Assembly: GCA_947500875.1 (NCBI GenBank)
Contig: CANMUN010000007.1
Location: 2,244 to 66,243, forward strand
Length of the DNA: 64,000 nucleotides
From: Flavobacteriales bacterium
GTDB lineage: Bacteria; Bacteroidota; Bacteroidia; Flavobacteriales_D; Crocinitomicaceae
Direction: 5' to 3'
The notes under the pieces were generated by a model. The model saw only the letters and a program-made list of their open reading frames with translations, was not told the origin of the DNA and did no database searches. This document shows positions 21,543-31,227 of the stretch, in pieces. Position numbers and translations under genes: made by a program. Position 1 is the stretch's first letter. Every line of letters begins with the position of its first letter.

Positions 21543-22927
21543 AAAATCTTCCCTGGGTTTAAAATTCCTTTAGGGTCGAATACCCGTTTGATTTCCCGCA
21601 TCAGTTGTAAGGTTACTTCCGGAAAGGCAATGGGCATATAGGGCTTTTGCACGTATCCAATCCCGTGTTCCCCAGAGAGGGTACCCCCAAGTCGCACAAC
21701 CTCTTCGAAAATCTCCGTAATCGCTTTCGGAAGCTCTTGAGTCCATTGCTCTTCGCTCAAAGCTCCTCGAATAATATTGACATGCAAATTCCCATCACCA
21801 GCATGACCGTAGCACACCGATTTAAACCCGTAACGCTCCCCCACCGATTTTACGTGGGTTAGCAAATTGGGCAGTTGGTATCGCGGAACAACGGTATCTT
21901 CCTCTTTATACACCGATTGGGTTTTCACCGCTTCGCCCACTTTCCTGCGCAAATTCCATAAGGCGGCCTTTTGCGCCGCGGAATCGGCAAATAGGATTTC
22001 ATCGGTATCGAAAGATTCCAGTACCCCAAACAAGTGTTCCGCTTCGCGTTGAAGTTGTTCCTCGTCGAATCCGTCCAATTCAATCAGTAAATGTGCTTGA
22101 TGGTTTTCCGCTACGGGAACTGATTGATCCTGGGTAAAATCCTTAGCCCAAAGTAAGGCATCCCGTTCCATGAACTCCATGCCACTGGGAATGATGCCGG
22201 CTTTGAATATCGCAGGTACCGACTCGCATGCCACTCGAGCGTCAAAAAATGGTACAAGGAATAGCACGTCGTGGGTGGGATGGGGGAGAAGGCGTAAAAC
22301 AATTTTCGTGATAATCCCTAAGGTGCCTTCCGACCCCACCATGAGTTGCGTGAGGTTGTAACCGGTGGCGTTTTTAAGGACATTGGCGCCCGTCCAAATG
22401 ATTTCTCCCGTGGGCAAGACCACTTCGAGGTTCAAAACGTAGTCTTTGGTTACGCCATATTTTACGGCTTTTGGGCCTCCCGAATTTTCGGATACATTCC
22501 CTCCGATGAAACAGGAACCACGGCTCGCAGGATCAGGAGGGTAGAACAATCCAACTTCTTTCACGACTTGTTGAAGGACCTCCGTAATCACTCCAGGTTC
22601 GGTAGTTACTTGAAGGTTGTCGGTATCAATATTTAGAATCTTGTTGAATTTCTCCATAGAAACCAAAATCCCACCGTGTAAAGGCAAACAGCCGCCGCTC
22701 AGTCCGGTTCGAGCTCCCGCAGGTGTCACCGGAATACCTTCATGGTGACAATACTTTACAATTGCCGAAATTTCCTCCACCGTCGTCGGCAACAACACCA
22801 ATTCGGGAGGGAAGACATAATCTTCGGTTTCGTCATGACCGTATTCACGAAGTTGTTCCGGATCATGGTGGCTCTTTATTCCCAAGGATTGGAAAAAAGT
22901 ACGATGCGTTTCGTTCAAGTGTACCAT
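21539..22927 (-). CDS. FAD-linked oxidase (GlcD / D-lactate dehydrogenase family)
   Basis: GARTGLSGG, PPDPAS, GSEGTLG, GHAGDGNLH, SGEHGIG, DPKGILNPGK. Confidence 0.92.
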   Translation of the reverse strand: MVHLNETHRTFFQSLGIKSHHDPEQLREYGHDETEDYVFPPELVLLPTTVEEISAIVKYCHHEGIPVTPAGARTGLSGGCLPLHGGILVSMEKFNKILNIDTDNLQVTTEPGVITEVLQQVVKEVGLFYPPDPASRGSCFIGGNVSENSGGPKAVKYGVTKDYVLNLEVVLPTGEIIWTGANVLKNATGYNLTQLMVGSEGTLGIITKIVLRLLPHPTHDVLFLVPFFDARVACESVPAIFKAGIIPSGMEFMERDALLWAKDFTQDQSVPVAENHQAHLLIELDGFDEEQLQREAEHLFGVLESFDTDEILFADSAAQKAALWNLRRKVGEAVKTQSVYKEEDTVVPRYQLPNLLTHVKSVGERYGFKSVCYGHAGDGNLHVNIIRGALSEEQWTQELPKAITEIFEEVVRLGGTLSGEHGIGYVQKPYMPIAFPEVTLQLMREIKRVFDPKGILNPGKIF

Positions 22928-23011
22928 ATAGTGCAAAAGTGGGAATAAATATTCAATTAACTTCCCCCGATATCTTGGCCTTTTTGCCTATTTTTACCTT
23001 AAATTATTGCT

Positions 23012-24220
23012 TTGAAAGATACTTTTATCATTGATGGAATTCGCACTCCCATAGGAAATTTTGGGGGAGCTCTATCATCGGTGCGAGCCGACGATTTGCT
23101 AGCCCATGCGATGAAGGCGCTTCTGGAACGGCATCTCAATTTGGATCAATCTTCCATTGAAGATGCGCTCATGGGCTGTGCGAACCAAGCGGGAGAAGAC
23201 AACCGAAACGTCGCCCGAATGGCCACCTTACTTGCAGGTTTACCGACGTCCATTGGTGGCGAGACCGTAAACCGCCTGTGCGCATCTGGAATGGCGGCTG
23301 TTGTGAACGCTTCACGTGCCATCAAAGACGGTGCAGGAGAATTATACCTTGCAGGGGGCGTTGAACAAATGACCCGAGCACCTTTTGTGCTTTCCAAAGC
23401 TGGGGCTGCCTATGGTCGTGATCAACAATTGTTCGATTCTTCCTTTGGATGGCGTTTCGTTAATCCAATGATGGAACGCCTATACGGGGTCGACAGCATG
23501 GGGATGACCGCTGAAAATCTCGCCCAAATACACCATATTTCCCGGGAAGACCAAGATGCCTTTGCTTTTTGGTCGCAGCAAAAAACCGCCTTAGCACAAG
23601 AAAAGGGCTTTTTTAACGGGGAGATCATCCCTATAAGCATTCCTTCGAAAAAAGGATATCCAACGGTGGTATCCCACGATGAATTTCCGAAAGCCACGAC
23701 CACCCTCGAAAAACTTGGATCTTTGCGTCCTGCCTTTAAAAGTACGGGAACGGTAACTGCGGGAAATGCGTCCGGATTGAACGACGGTGCAGCCTGCTTA
23801 CTCATTGGTTCTTCTGAAGGAGTTTCGCTCTCCGGTGCCTCGCCGCTAGCTCGTATTGTGAGTGCGGCCATCAGTGGGGTAGAGCCACGCATCATGGGCA
23901 TTGGTCCGGTAGAGGCTTCCAAAAAAGCCTTGCAACGCGCAGGACTTACCTTGGATCAGATGGATGTGATTGAATTGAATGAGGCCTTTGCCGCCCAAGT
24001 GTTGGCGTGCACGCGTTCGTTGGGTCTTGGCGATAATGACCCGCGGATCAACCCGAACGGAGGTGCAATTGCTTTGGGACATCCGCTAGGAATGTCAGGA
24101 GCACGAATTTTATTAACCGCGGCGCGTCAGCTTAAGGCTACCGGAAAACGTTATGCGTTGGTTTCCATGTGCATCGGCGTTGGACAGGGTTATGCAACTA
24201 TTATAGAAAGCGCGTCATGA
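23012..24220 (+). CDS. Acetyl-CoA C-acyltransferase (thiolase, PcaF/PaaJ-like)
   Basis: [45 protein letters not shown] is PcaF/PaaJ-like. Confidence 0.93.
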   Translation: MKDTFIIDGIRTPIGNFGGALSSVRADDLLAHAMKALLERHLNLDQSSIEDALMGCANQAGEDNRNVARMATLLAGLPTSIGGETVNRLCASGMAAVVNASRAIKDGAGELYLAGGVEQMTRAPFVLSKAGAAYGRDQQLFDSSFGWRFVNPMMERLYGVDSMGMTAENLAQIHHISREDQDAFAFWSQQKTALAQEKGFFNGEIIPISIPSKKGYPTVVSHDEFPKATTTLEKLGSLRPAFKSTGTVTAGNASGLNDGAACLLIGSSEGVSLSGASPLARIVSAAISGVEPRIMGIGPVEASKKALQRAGLTLDQMDVIELNEAFAAQVLACTRSLGLGDNDPRINPNGGAIALGHPLGMSGARILLTAARQLKATGKRYALVSMCIGVGQGYATIIESAS

Positions 24221-25797
24221 AAGCGGGGTTGATGTTACTTGGAATGCTCCTGGTGTTGGTTAACTGCACCAAAAAACCAACTCGATGGGAGGTGGACCTT
24301 GGAGCACCCTTGATTAATGATACCTTGGATTTGAGCCGATTAACTTCCGACAGCGTCTTGGTAGCGAATGCCCAAGGAACCTTGGATTTGGATTTTACCA
24401 AGACTTTACTTGATATAGGGTTGGCGGATTTGATCTCGATTCCTGACACCCAGGTGGTTCAGACGTTCCATTCCAACTTTGCGGTAAATGTGCCTCCCGG
24501 TTTCAACGTTTTCAATCAAAGCGAGACCCATACCATTGAACTTCCCGGAGTGCAATTAAAAAAAGTTCGCGTGTTCAGCGGAGGCATACAGTTAACGGTG
24601 TACAATCCCTTGCCCACCGCAGTGACGTTTGATGTGAGCTTGCCAGGGGTTAGCCTTAACGGGATTACCTTTCAACAAACCGTTACGGTGGCCGCAGGGG
24701 ATAATGTAAACCCCACCCCAGGAAATGCGAATTTCGATTTGGCAGGGTATGAAATGGACCTTCGAGGTCCGAATGCGGTAGATTATAACGTGCTTCAGGC
24801 CAGCGTCACCGCAGTATCGGATCCGAATGGGCCGACAGTGAATGTAACCCCTGCCCAGGAGTTCAAGGTCGAGGCCACTTTGAAGGATATTGCCTTGGAT
24901 TATGCTCGAGGTTATTTTGGCAATCAGCTGTTCAGTGATACCGTGCTATTAGACCTTCCGATCATGGAAAAAGTGGAGTCAGGATTAGTGGATATTCAAT
25001 CGGTTCTATTGGGATTGAGCTTTTCCAACGGAACTAAAGTGCCCATTCGAGGTGCAATAACTCAAATCGCGAACATTAATCCAACGGGGAGCACGGTTGC
25101 CTTGAACGCTCCGGTCATCGGGCAGGATTTATATTTAGCTCCTGCCACGGGTTCTTGGAATTCTTTGAATCCTTCGACCCAACAAGTTCAGGTGAATTCT
25201 GGCAACAGCAACATTGAACAAGTGATGGAAAACCTCGGCTCGAAATTTCAAGCCGGATATGCGATTGAAATAAATCCCAACGGTAATTTAAACGCGGGTT
25301 GGGACGAGATTTATTCTACGAGTAGGATCAAGGTGGTATTGCATGCTCAAATGCCCTTGCAGCTCCAAGCGGATCAATTGACCTTGGCGGATACGTTTCA
25401 GGTTTCCCTAAAACAGAACGGGGCAAAAACCCGTGTGGTTGGCGGTTATTTTCAACTCGATGCGGCCAATGCATTTCCAATGCAAGCGCAATTCAAACTG
25501 AGTTTCCTAAATGCACAGAAGTCCGTCATTGACGAGTCGGTGGGAGACGCCCTGGTGTTGAGTTCTCTGGCGGGCATGCCTAATGCAAGCGGGATTTTAG
25601 TGAAAAATTCTACAGTTCGATTTTATGTGTCGGAAAACTTGATGCAGCACATCAACGAATTGAAATTCCTTCGGGTTGAAGCCATTTTAAATACGCCCGT
25701 CGCTTCTGGCGCATCGAACCAAGTGGTGGCAATTCCAGTAGGGGCGTTTATGCAGGTAAAGGTACAAGCGGCATTGAAAACTGAAATCGTGTACTGA
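24217..25797 (+). CDS. Hypothetical lipoprotein
   Basis: Lipobox LVNC after a hydrophobic stretch; beta-rich sequence. Confidence 0.6.
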   Translation: MKAGLMLLGMLLVLVNCTKKPTRWEVDLGAPLINDTLDLSRLTSDSVLVANAQGTLDLDFTKTLLDIGLADLISIPDTQVVQTFHSNFAVNVPPGFNVFNQSETHTIELPGVQLKKVRVFSGGIQLTVYNPLPTAVTFDVSLPGVSLNGITFQQTVTVAAGDNVNPTPGNANFDLAGYEMDLRGPNAVDYNVLQASVTAVSDPNGPTVNVTPAQEFKVEATLKDIALDYARGYFGNQLFSDTVLLDLPIMEKVESGLVDIQSVLLGLSFSNGTKVPIRGAITQIANINPTGSTVALNAPVIGQDLYLAPATGSWNSLNPSTQQVQVNSGNSNIEQVMENLGSKFQAGYAIEINPNGNLNAGWDEIYSTSRIKVVLHAQMPLQLQADQLTLADTFQVSLKQNGAKTRVVGGYFQLDAANAFPMQAQFKLSFLNAQKSVIDESVGDALVLSSLAGMPNASGILVKNSTVRFYVSENLMQHINELKFLRVEAILNTPVASGASNQVVAIPVGAFMQVKVQAALKTEIVY

Positions 25798-27038
25798 TGG
25801 GGAATAGAATCATTTGGTGCAGTATTTTTTTCGCGGTTTTCGGAGCCAAGGCCCAGCTTCTTCGCAACTACGATTTTGATACCACGGTCAGCGCTCGCCA
25901 GTTGTTGCTGGTGAACGGTTCTTTGGAATACGGTGGTTCGGCCATGGAAAATGGCATATTCAATGCCTTGATTTTTGGAGGGTTCATCGATAGTTTAGCG
26001 AAAGAAGCTTCGTTGGAAAACCATAAATCGGTCAATGTGGTTGGCTTTGAAGGCACGGCCAATGCACGCTATTATTGGAGTCCAAAGTTCAAGAACGAAC
26101 GCTATAAGCATTTCATGGTTGGGCTTCGTTACGGACAAAATTACCTTGGATCGTTAGCTTACACCTCCGACCTGTTTCGATTTGCCTTTTACGGCAATAC
26201 CCCTTTTTTAGGAAAGTACGCTGATTTTTCAGGTTCCGAAATACGTTTTATTGGCTTTCAAACCTTGGGATTCAGTGTGTTGGATAAACGATCTCAGTCG
26301 TCGCTAAGTTTGAATTTAGTGGGTTTGACTTCATACGTACGCGGTTCCTTGGGAGATCAGAATCCCATGAAGTTTTATTACTCGGAATCCGGCGATAGCC
26401 TTTACGGAATTTGCAGTGGTGCCATAGAACGCGCCGCGTCGCCTGCCTATTTCAAAGGTCTGGGCATGAGCGTTGATTTTGATTACCGTTTTAATGCTTT
26501 AGGAGAGGAGAGCGGTCGGGTGCACACGATGCAATTCAGCGTGAGTAATTTGGGCTTCGCCTTCAGCAACCGATATACTTCTCAACGCATCGATACTTCG
26601 TTCGCCTTCGGCGGATACAGCATCAACGATATCATCGACCGAAACGGTTTATTGGCTCCCGGCTATTCTTTTGAAGACAGCTTAACCACCGTTAGTTCTT
26701 CAAGCAAGTGGATTTTGTTGCCCATGACCTTACAATTGAATAATGTAGTTGGACTTCAGGCAAAGCAGATTTTGCAGCCAACCTATGGTTTTCGATTGAC
26801 CTTTATTCAAGGGTTTATTCCTCACGTTTATGCGGGATTAAATGCAAGAATAGTAAAAGGCCTTCACTTCGGAATGTGCGCCAGTTATGGTGGATTTTCC
26901 GGCATTAAGATGAATACTTCGCTGGTGTATCACCGTTCCAAGTTTTACGTGGGTCTTGGCAGCGATAACGTATTGGGCTTGTTGTCGAAACGAGCCTTTG
27001 GACAAGCTCTTTCAATCCGTTTACGATGCGATATTTAG
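25797..27038 (+). CDS. Putative outer-membrane beta-barrel protein (DUF5723-like)
   Basis: Signal peptide; alternating aromatic/Gly beta strands; GLGMSVDF and SVSNLGF segments. Confidence 0.5.
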   Translation: MGNRIIWCSIFFAVFGAKAQLLRNYDFDTTVSARQLLLVNGSLEYGGSAMENGIFNALIFGGFIDSLAKEASLENHKSVNVVGFEGTANARYYWSPKFKNERYKHFMVGLRYGQNYLGSLAYTSDLFRFAFYGNTPFLGKYADFSGSEIRFIGFQTLGFSVLDKRSQSSLSLNLVGLTSYVRGSLGDQNPMKFYYSESGDSLYGICSGAIERAASPAYFKGLGMSVDFDYRFNALGEESGRVHTMQFSVSNLGFAFSNRYTSQRIDTSFAFGGYSINDIIDRNGLLAPGYSFEDSLTTVSSSSKWILLPMTLQLNNVVGLQAKQILQPTYGFRLTFIQGFIPHVYAGLNARIVKGLHFGMCASYGGFSGIKMNTSLVYHRSKFYVGLGSDNVLGLLSKRAFGQALSIRLRCDI

Positions 27039-28459
27039 TGTACTTCTTCTTCATGCTGAGCACCTGGGGAGCTGCGGCTCAGATGAGCTTTTACCGCCAA
27101 TATTCCGGGTCGGAATACGATTTTGGTCAGGGGGTTGTACAATTGCCGGATAGCAGTTATGCCATCACAGGGAGAAGCGGAAGTTGGGGGCTCAATTCCG
27201 AGGCTTTTATTTTAAAAGTTCACAAAGACGGTTCGTACGATTGGAGCCAGCATTACGGGGGGGCAGAATTCGATCAAGGAAGAAGGATTTTATCCCTTCC
27301 CAATCAAGGATATTATCTTGCGGGAAGTTCTTTATCCGATCCGGTGGCAGCATACGACGTTTATCTCGTTAAAACGGATTTAATCGGTGAATTGCAATGG
27401 GAAAAAAGGGTAGATTTAGGCGCATGGGATTTTGTTGCCGATGCGGTTCTTGCTGCAGATTCAGGAGTGCTATGTGTAGGTTATTCTCAGGCTTCTTCTT
27501 CAAATGTTACCCGAGGTTTTGTGCTTCGATTGGATCAAAACGGCGATACTCTGTGGTCACGTTATGTGGGCACTCAAGCGCACAACTCGGTGAATGCAGC
27601 GTTGTTGTTGAACGATACTACCCTCGTAGTTGCCGGAACCTATTACAACCTTGATTCCACCTTGAATAAAGGGTTTTTAGCCGCATATCATGTCAACGGC
27701 AATCCCTTGTGGTTTACGTCGATTGGCGATAACGGTGCTTTTGGTATTACCGACCTTACCCTCAACCAAAACCGCTATAATTTAACGGGATGGAAATACT
27801 ATGCAGCCCTAGGCGAACACGATAATTATTCGGGCAGGTATGAGTTGAACGGCAGTTTGTTTTATGAATCCGTGTATGTGAATCCCGGAGATGTCATCCT
27901 CGACGAAATTACCCTTAACGGAGCCCAAACGAAGTTGTACGTCGGTTACCGCAACGAAAATTTGATCGATGCTACATTTGGGATGGACGTAACTCTGGGA
28001 AGATTTAATACCAATTACGATTGGGACAACGGACCGATTTACATCAACCATGGCGGCGATGAGAAAGTAGAACAGTTCATTCCTACTTCCGACGGTGGGG
28101 CACTGGCCGTTGGCTGGATTACCTATCCCATGAACGGTGGTAATTCCATTTTTCTGATGAAAATAGGTCCCAACGACGAATTCCAAACGGTGATGGGGAA
28201 TGAAACGTTTTTGCCTCTGGTGGAAAATCCAGACCTAACGTCCTTACCTTTTACCTTGTATCCCAATCCGGTAGAGGATTACCTTCATCTGTACCTTCCA
28301 TCAGCCATCGACGCGATGCGCATGGTTGATGCCCAAGGTCAACTGCTGCTGGAACAGCCCTTAGCGATTGGATCTCATACCTTGGATGTGAGCCATTTGC
28401 GTGCTGGAATGTATTTCATTCAATGCGGTCAAACCACACGTAAATGGGTGAAACGATGA
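27026..28459 (+). CDS. T9SS type-A CTD secreted protein, beta-propeller-like repeats
   Basis: Repeated 'DVYLVKTD.GELQWEK'-type blades; C-terminal LYPNPVEDYL...GMYFIQ. Confidence 0.82.
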   Translation: MRYLVYFFFMLSTWGAAAQMSFYRQYSGSEYDFGQGVVQLPDSSYAITGRSGSWGLNSEAFILKVHKDGSYDWSQHYGGAEFDQGRRILSLPNQGYYLAGSSLSDPVAAYDVYLVKTDLIGELQWEKRVDLGAWDFVADAVLAADSGVLCVGYSQASSSNVTRGFVLRLDQNGDTLWSRYVGTQAHNSVNAALLLNDTTLVVAGTYYNLDSTLNKGFLAAYHVNGNPLWFTSIGDNGAFGITDLTLNQNRYNLTGWKYYAALGEHDNYSGRYELNGSLFYESVYVNPGDVILDEITLNGAQTKLYVGYRNENLIDATFGMDVTLGRFNTNYDWDNGPIYINHGGDEKVEQFIPTSDGGALAVGWITYPMNGGNSIFLMKIGPNDEFQTVMGNETFLPLVENPDLTSLPFTLYPNPVEDYLHLYLPSAIDAMRMVDAQGQLLLEQPLAIGSHTLDVSHLRAGMYFIQCGQTTRKWVKR

Positions 28460-30204
28460 TTCGATGGTTCTTGTTCGCGCTTTGGGCGGTACCTTGTTAC
28501 GGACAAGTCTTGCCAGCGAACCGAGCGGTGGATTGGACTGTCGCGGGATTGAACGATACTAACACCATAGGATTTACCTATTACAATGTGGTTCAAGAAG
28601 GCGCTGTGAACGATGGGATTACTCCGGTAAATGCCGTTGTTGATAGCTTATTGGCCTTGAATCAGCCAGTGGGAGTGCATCTTCATTTTCCGGCAGGGAG
28701 TTATTTTTTCAATCAACCGTTATCGCTTCCCAGCAATACCCGGATCAGTGGTGCAGGAGCGGATGCAACGCATTGGATTTTCGATTTGGGAGGGTCCGGT
28801 CATTCCGTGCAAACTTCAGGAAGCTTGGTGAGTGCTGATAGCAGTTCTCTAACGGTCGCTGGGGTGAAAGGAAATACGTGGATTGTGGTAGCTAATGCCA
28901 ACGCATTCTTTGCGGGCGCTTGGGTTCGAATTCGTCAGCAGGATGCAGATTTAGTGACCTCGAATTGGGCCTTGAACAGCGTAGGGCAATTGGTGAAAGT
29001 CGATAGCGTTGGCGGAGATACCCTTTACTTGCACAGCGCTTTGCGCTTGGATTATCCCTTGAACCGTTTACCCAAGGTGGTGCGTATTACCATGAAACGC
29101 AACATTGGGTTGGAGTGTTTGTCTTTTGAGCGTATGGACAATACCGCTCCGGAACAAGCAAGCGTAATTCATTTTACCTATGCGGAAAATTGCTGGTTCA
29201 GCGGCTTGGAATCCAACAAAACGACGTTTGGGCATGTGGAATTTGAAAGCGTGGCCAATTCAAAAGTCGAAAAGAGTTATTTCTACGATGCCTTTGACTA
29301 CGGAGGCGGGGGAAGGGGCTATGGGGTGGTCATGCATTTCACAACGAATGAATGTTTAATTGAAAATAACGTGTTTAAGCATTTGCGCCACAGCATTATA
29401 CTGCAAGCGGGTTCCAATGGAAATGTTGCTGCCTTTAACCATTCCACCGATCCCTATTGGACCAATGCCAATCCCTTATTGGGAGGGAACTCAGCAGGCG
29501 AATTAGTGCTTCACGGCAATTATGTGTACGCGAATCTATTCGAACAGAACGACGTCCAAAACATTGTGATTGATAATTCGCATGGTGGAAACGGTCCCTA
29601 CAATACCTTCTTACGGAATCGGGCCTCCTTGTATGGGATATTTTTCTCCGACAATACCAGCCCTTCGCAGAACTTCATAGGCAATGAAATTCCGAATACC
29701 GGTTTTCCTTACAGCACAGTGAATTACAATATTCTAGGCAACGATCAGTTCAGTTACGGCAATAACAACAAGGGAACCGCAGCTCCCGCTGGAACATCGA
29801 ATTTACTGGACACTAGCTATTACTACGCGGTAAAGCCAGACTTTGTGCAAGGCTACCAATGGGGAAGAATCGGTTTGCCGAATGCCATGAACAGTGCTAA
29901 AGTTCCCGCAACGAACCGCTTTGAGGGCAACGATATTTTTGCTGGAGCCTGTGGCAAGGAAGATTATTATGCAGGTTTGTCGGAACGTGTTAAGCATTCA
30001 ATTTACCCCAATCCCGTGAGCGAAACCCTGTGGGTTCGAGCTGCTGGGCATGGGGAAATGTACCGAATTTTCGACCTGCAAGGAAGGTTGTGGATGGGAG
30101 GAGTTTTAACCACGGACTTACAAGCGATTTCGGTGAGTCACTTGCCGCAAGGAATGTACCTGTGGTCCTGTGGCGAAAGGGTAGACCGCTTCGTTAAAAA
30201 CTAA
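28456..30204 (+). CDS. T9SS type-A CTD secreted beta-helix (pectin-lyase-fold) protein
   Basis: GAVNDG..., LHFPAGSY N-terminal motif; parallel beta-helix Asn ladders; C-terminal IYPNPVSE...GMYLW. Confidence 0.78.
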   Translation: MIRWFLFALWAVPCYGQVLPANRAVDWTVAGLNDTNTIGFTYYNVVQEGAVNDGITPVNAVVDSLLALNQPVGVHLHFPAGSYFFNQPLSLPSNTRISGAGADATHWIFDLGGSGHSVQTSGSLVSADSSSLTVAGVKGNTWIVVANANAFFAGAWVRIRQQDADLVTSNWALNSVGQLVKVDSVGGDTLYLHSALRLDYPLNRLPKVVRITMKRNIGLECLSFERMDNTAPEQASVIHFTYAENCWFSGLESNKTTFGHVEFESVANSKVEKSYFYDAFDYGGGGRGYGVVMHFTTNECLIENNVFKHLRHSIILQAGSNGNVAAFNHSTDPYWTNANPLLGGNSAGELVLHGNYVYANLFEQNDVQNIVIDNSHGGNGPYNTFLRNRASLYGIFFSDNTSPSQNFIGNEIPNTGFPYSTVNYNILGNDQFSYGNNNKGTAAPAGTSNLLDTSYYYAVKPDFVQGYQWGRIGLPNAMNSAKVPATNRFEGNDIFAGACGKEDYYAGLSERVKHSIYPNPVSETLWVRAAGHGEMYRIFDLQGRLWMGGVLTTDLQAISVSHLPQGMYLWSCGERVDRFVKN

Positions 30205-30656
30205 GCGGATTCTTGCACTGAACCTTTCTTGGATTTTCGATAGAGGTAGGTCTCATAAATGAAGCGTTTAGCAAAGCGGACCTGTTTATCGGAGTTGACG
30301 AGTTTTTTAAATACGTTGGCATTCACACCGAAATACTCATAGGTATCGCCGTTCGTAAACGTGATTTCCAACAAGAGTCCTTTGTGCTTGTAATCCGCAA
30401 TGCCGCATTCGGCGATGGTAGCGGTATATTCTGCCAAATTCGCTTCTTTGGTTTCTGGGGCGATGCTCACGAGGAAATGATAACCATCGGTTATTTCACG
30501 GCCCATAACGGTAGCCTCCGCATGCATGGGGTCGTCCTCTTGGAATTTATCGGGATGCCATTGCTTGACTAGTCGGCGGTAGGTGCTTTTAAGGGGGGCA
30601 AGTTCGATAGAACCTTCAATCTCGAATAGTTTTTTGTACTGGTTGATGCGTTTCAT
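30201..30656 (-). CDS. DnaJ-domain + KTSC-domain protein
   Basis: J-domain YRRLVKQWHPDKF; KTSC-like LLEITFTNGDTYEYFGV; start taken at ATG 30656. Confidence 0.85.
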   Translation of the reverse strand: MKRINQYKKLFEIEGSIELAPLKSTYRRLVKQWHPDKFQEDDPMHAEATVMGREITDGYHFLVSIAPETKEANLAEYTATIAECGIADYKHKGLLLEITFTNGDTYEYFGVNANVFKKLVNSDKQVRFAKRFIYETYLYRKSKKGSVQESA

Positions 30657-30705
30657 TGGAGGAGGAGAAAAAAAGATATTAGAATAAGTGTCCGCTAGTC
30701 GGGTG

Positions 30706-30713
30706 CAAAGATA
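30706..30713 (-). promoter_or_regulatory. Bacteroidota -7 promoter element (TATCTTTG) for the J-KTSC gene
   Basis: TAnnTTTG about 50 nt upstream of the start. Confidence 0.55.
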
Positions 30714-30830
30714 GGCATAGATTTTCGGCAAAACCTTATCCTAGATGATAATTAATAGAGGGGTACTTTCTAGTCGTTTTTTCGTGTGAGCCTCTATTTT
30801 TTACTACATTTATCGTACAAAAATGAGGTC

Positions 30831-31205
30831 ATGAAAACAGAATATAAAATAATTCAATCTCCCTACACTATAGAATTAAGCTTGGAGGTTGAGAAGATGC
30901 TCAACGCGGGTTGGACTTTGGTGGGGGGATTAAGTGCACAGGATGGATTTTTTTATCAAGCGATTGTGCGTAAAGCCTTTACTGGGGCGGTTAAATTAGT
31001 TGATGCTGGTCCAAATAAGCTAGCTATTGTTAAGTTGGTTAAAGATTTTACTGGATTCGATTTAAAAGAGGCCAAGGATTTAGTCGATGGTGCTCCAGCG
31101 ATCATTGAAGGCCGAACGGTAGGCAATTTAACGCGGCCTTTCACCGAGGAGGAAGAACGTGAATTTCGAAGTCAATTGTTGGAAGCTGGAGCGAACATAG
31201 AGTAA
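30831..31205 (+). CDS. DUF1737-like domain fused to ribosomal protein L7/L12 C-terminal-like domain
   Basis: N-half YKII...VEKMLNAGWTLVGG...YQAIVRK (DUF1737-like); C-half AGPNKLAIVKLVKDFTGFDLKEAKDLVDGAP...LEAGANIE (L7/L12 CTD); lacks the L12 N-terminal dimerisation domain. Confidence 0.8.
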   Translation: MKTEYKIIQSPYTIELSLEVEKMLNAGWTLVGGLSAQDGFFYQAIVRKAFTGAVKLVDAGPNKLAIVKLVKDFTGFDLKEAKDLVDGAPAIIEGRTVGNLTRPFTEEEEREFRSQLLEAGANIE

Positions 31206-31227
31206 GTTCACCATACAGAGGCTTATT

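Noticed and set aside
30831..31205. Genuine ribosomal protein gene rplL
   Set aside because: It lacks the N-terminal dimerisation domain and hinge, carries a DUF1737-like domain instead, and is not in an rplJ-rpoB context
30714..31227. Retron msr-msd upstream of the RT
   Set aside because: The space is occupied by the L7/L12-like ORF and divergent promoters; no convincing a1/a2 inverted repeats found
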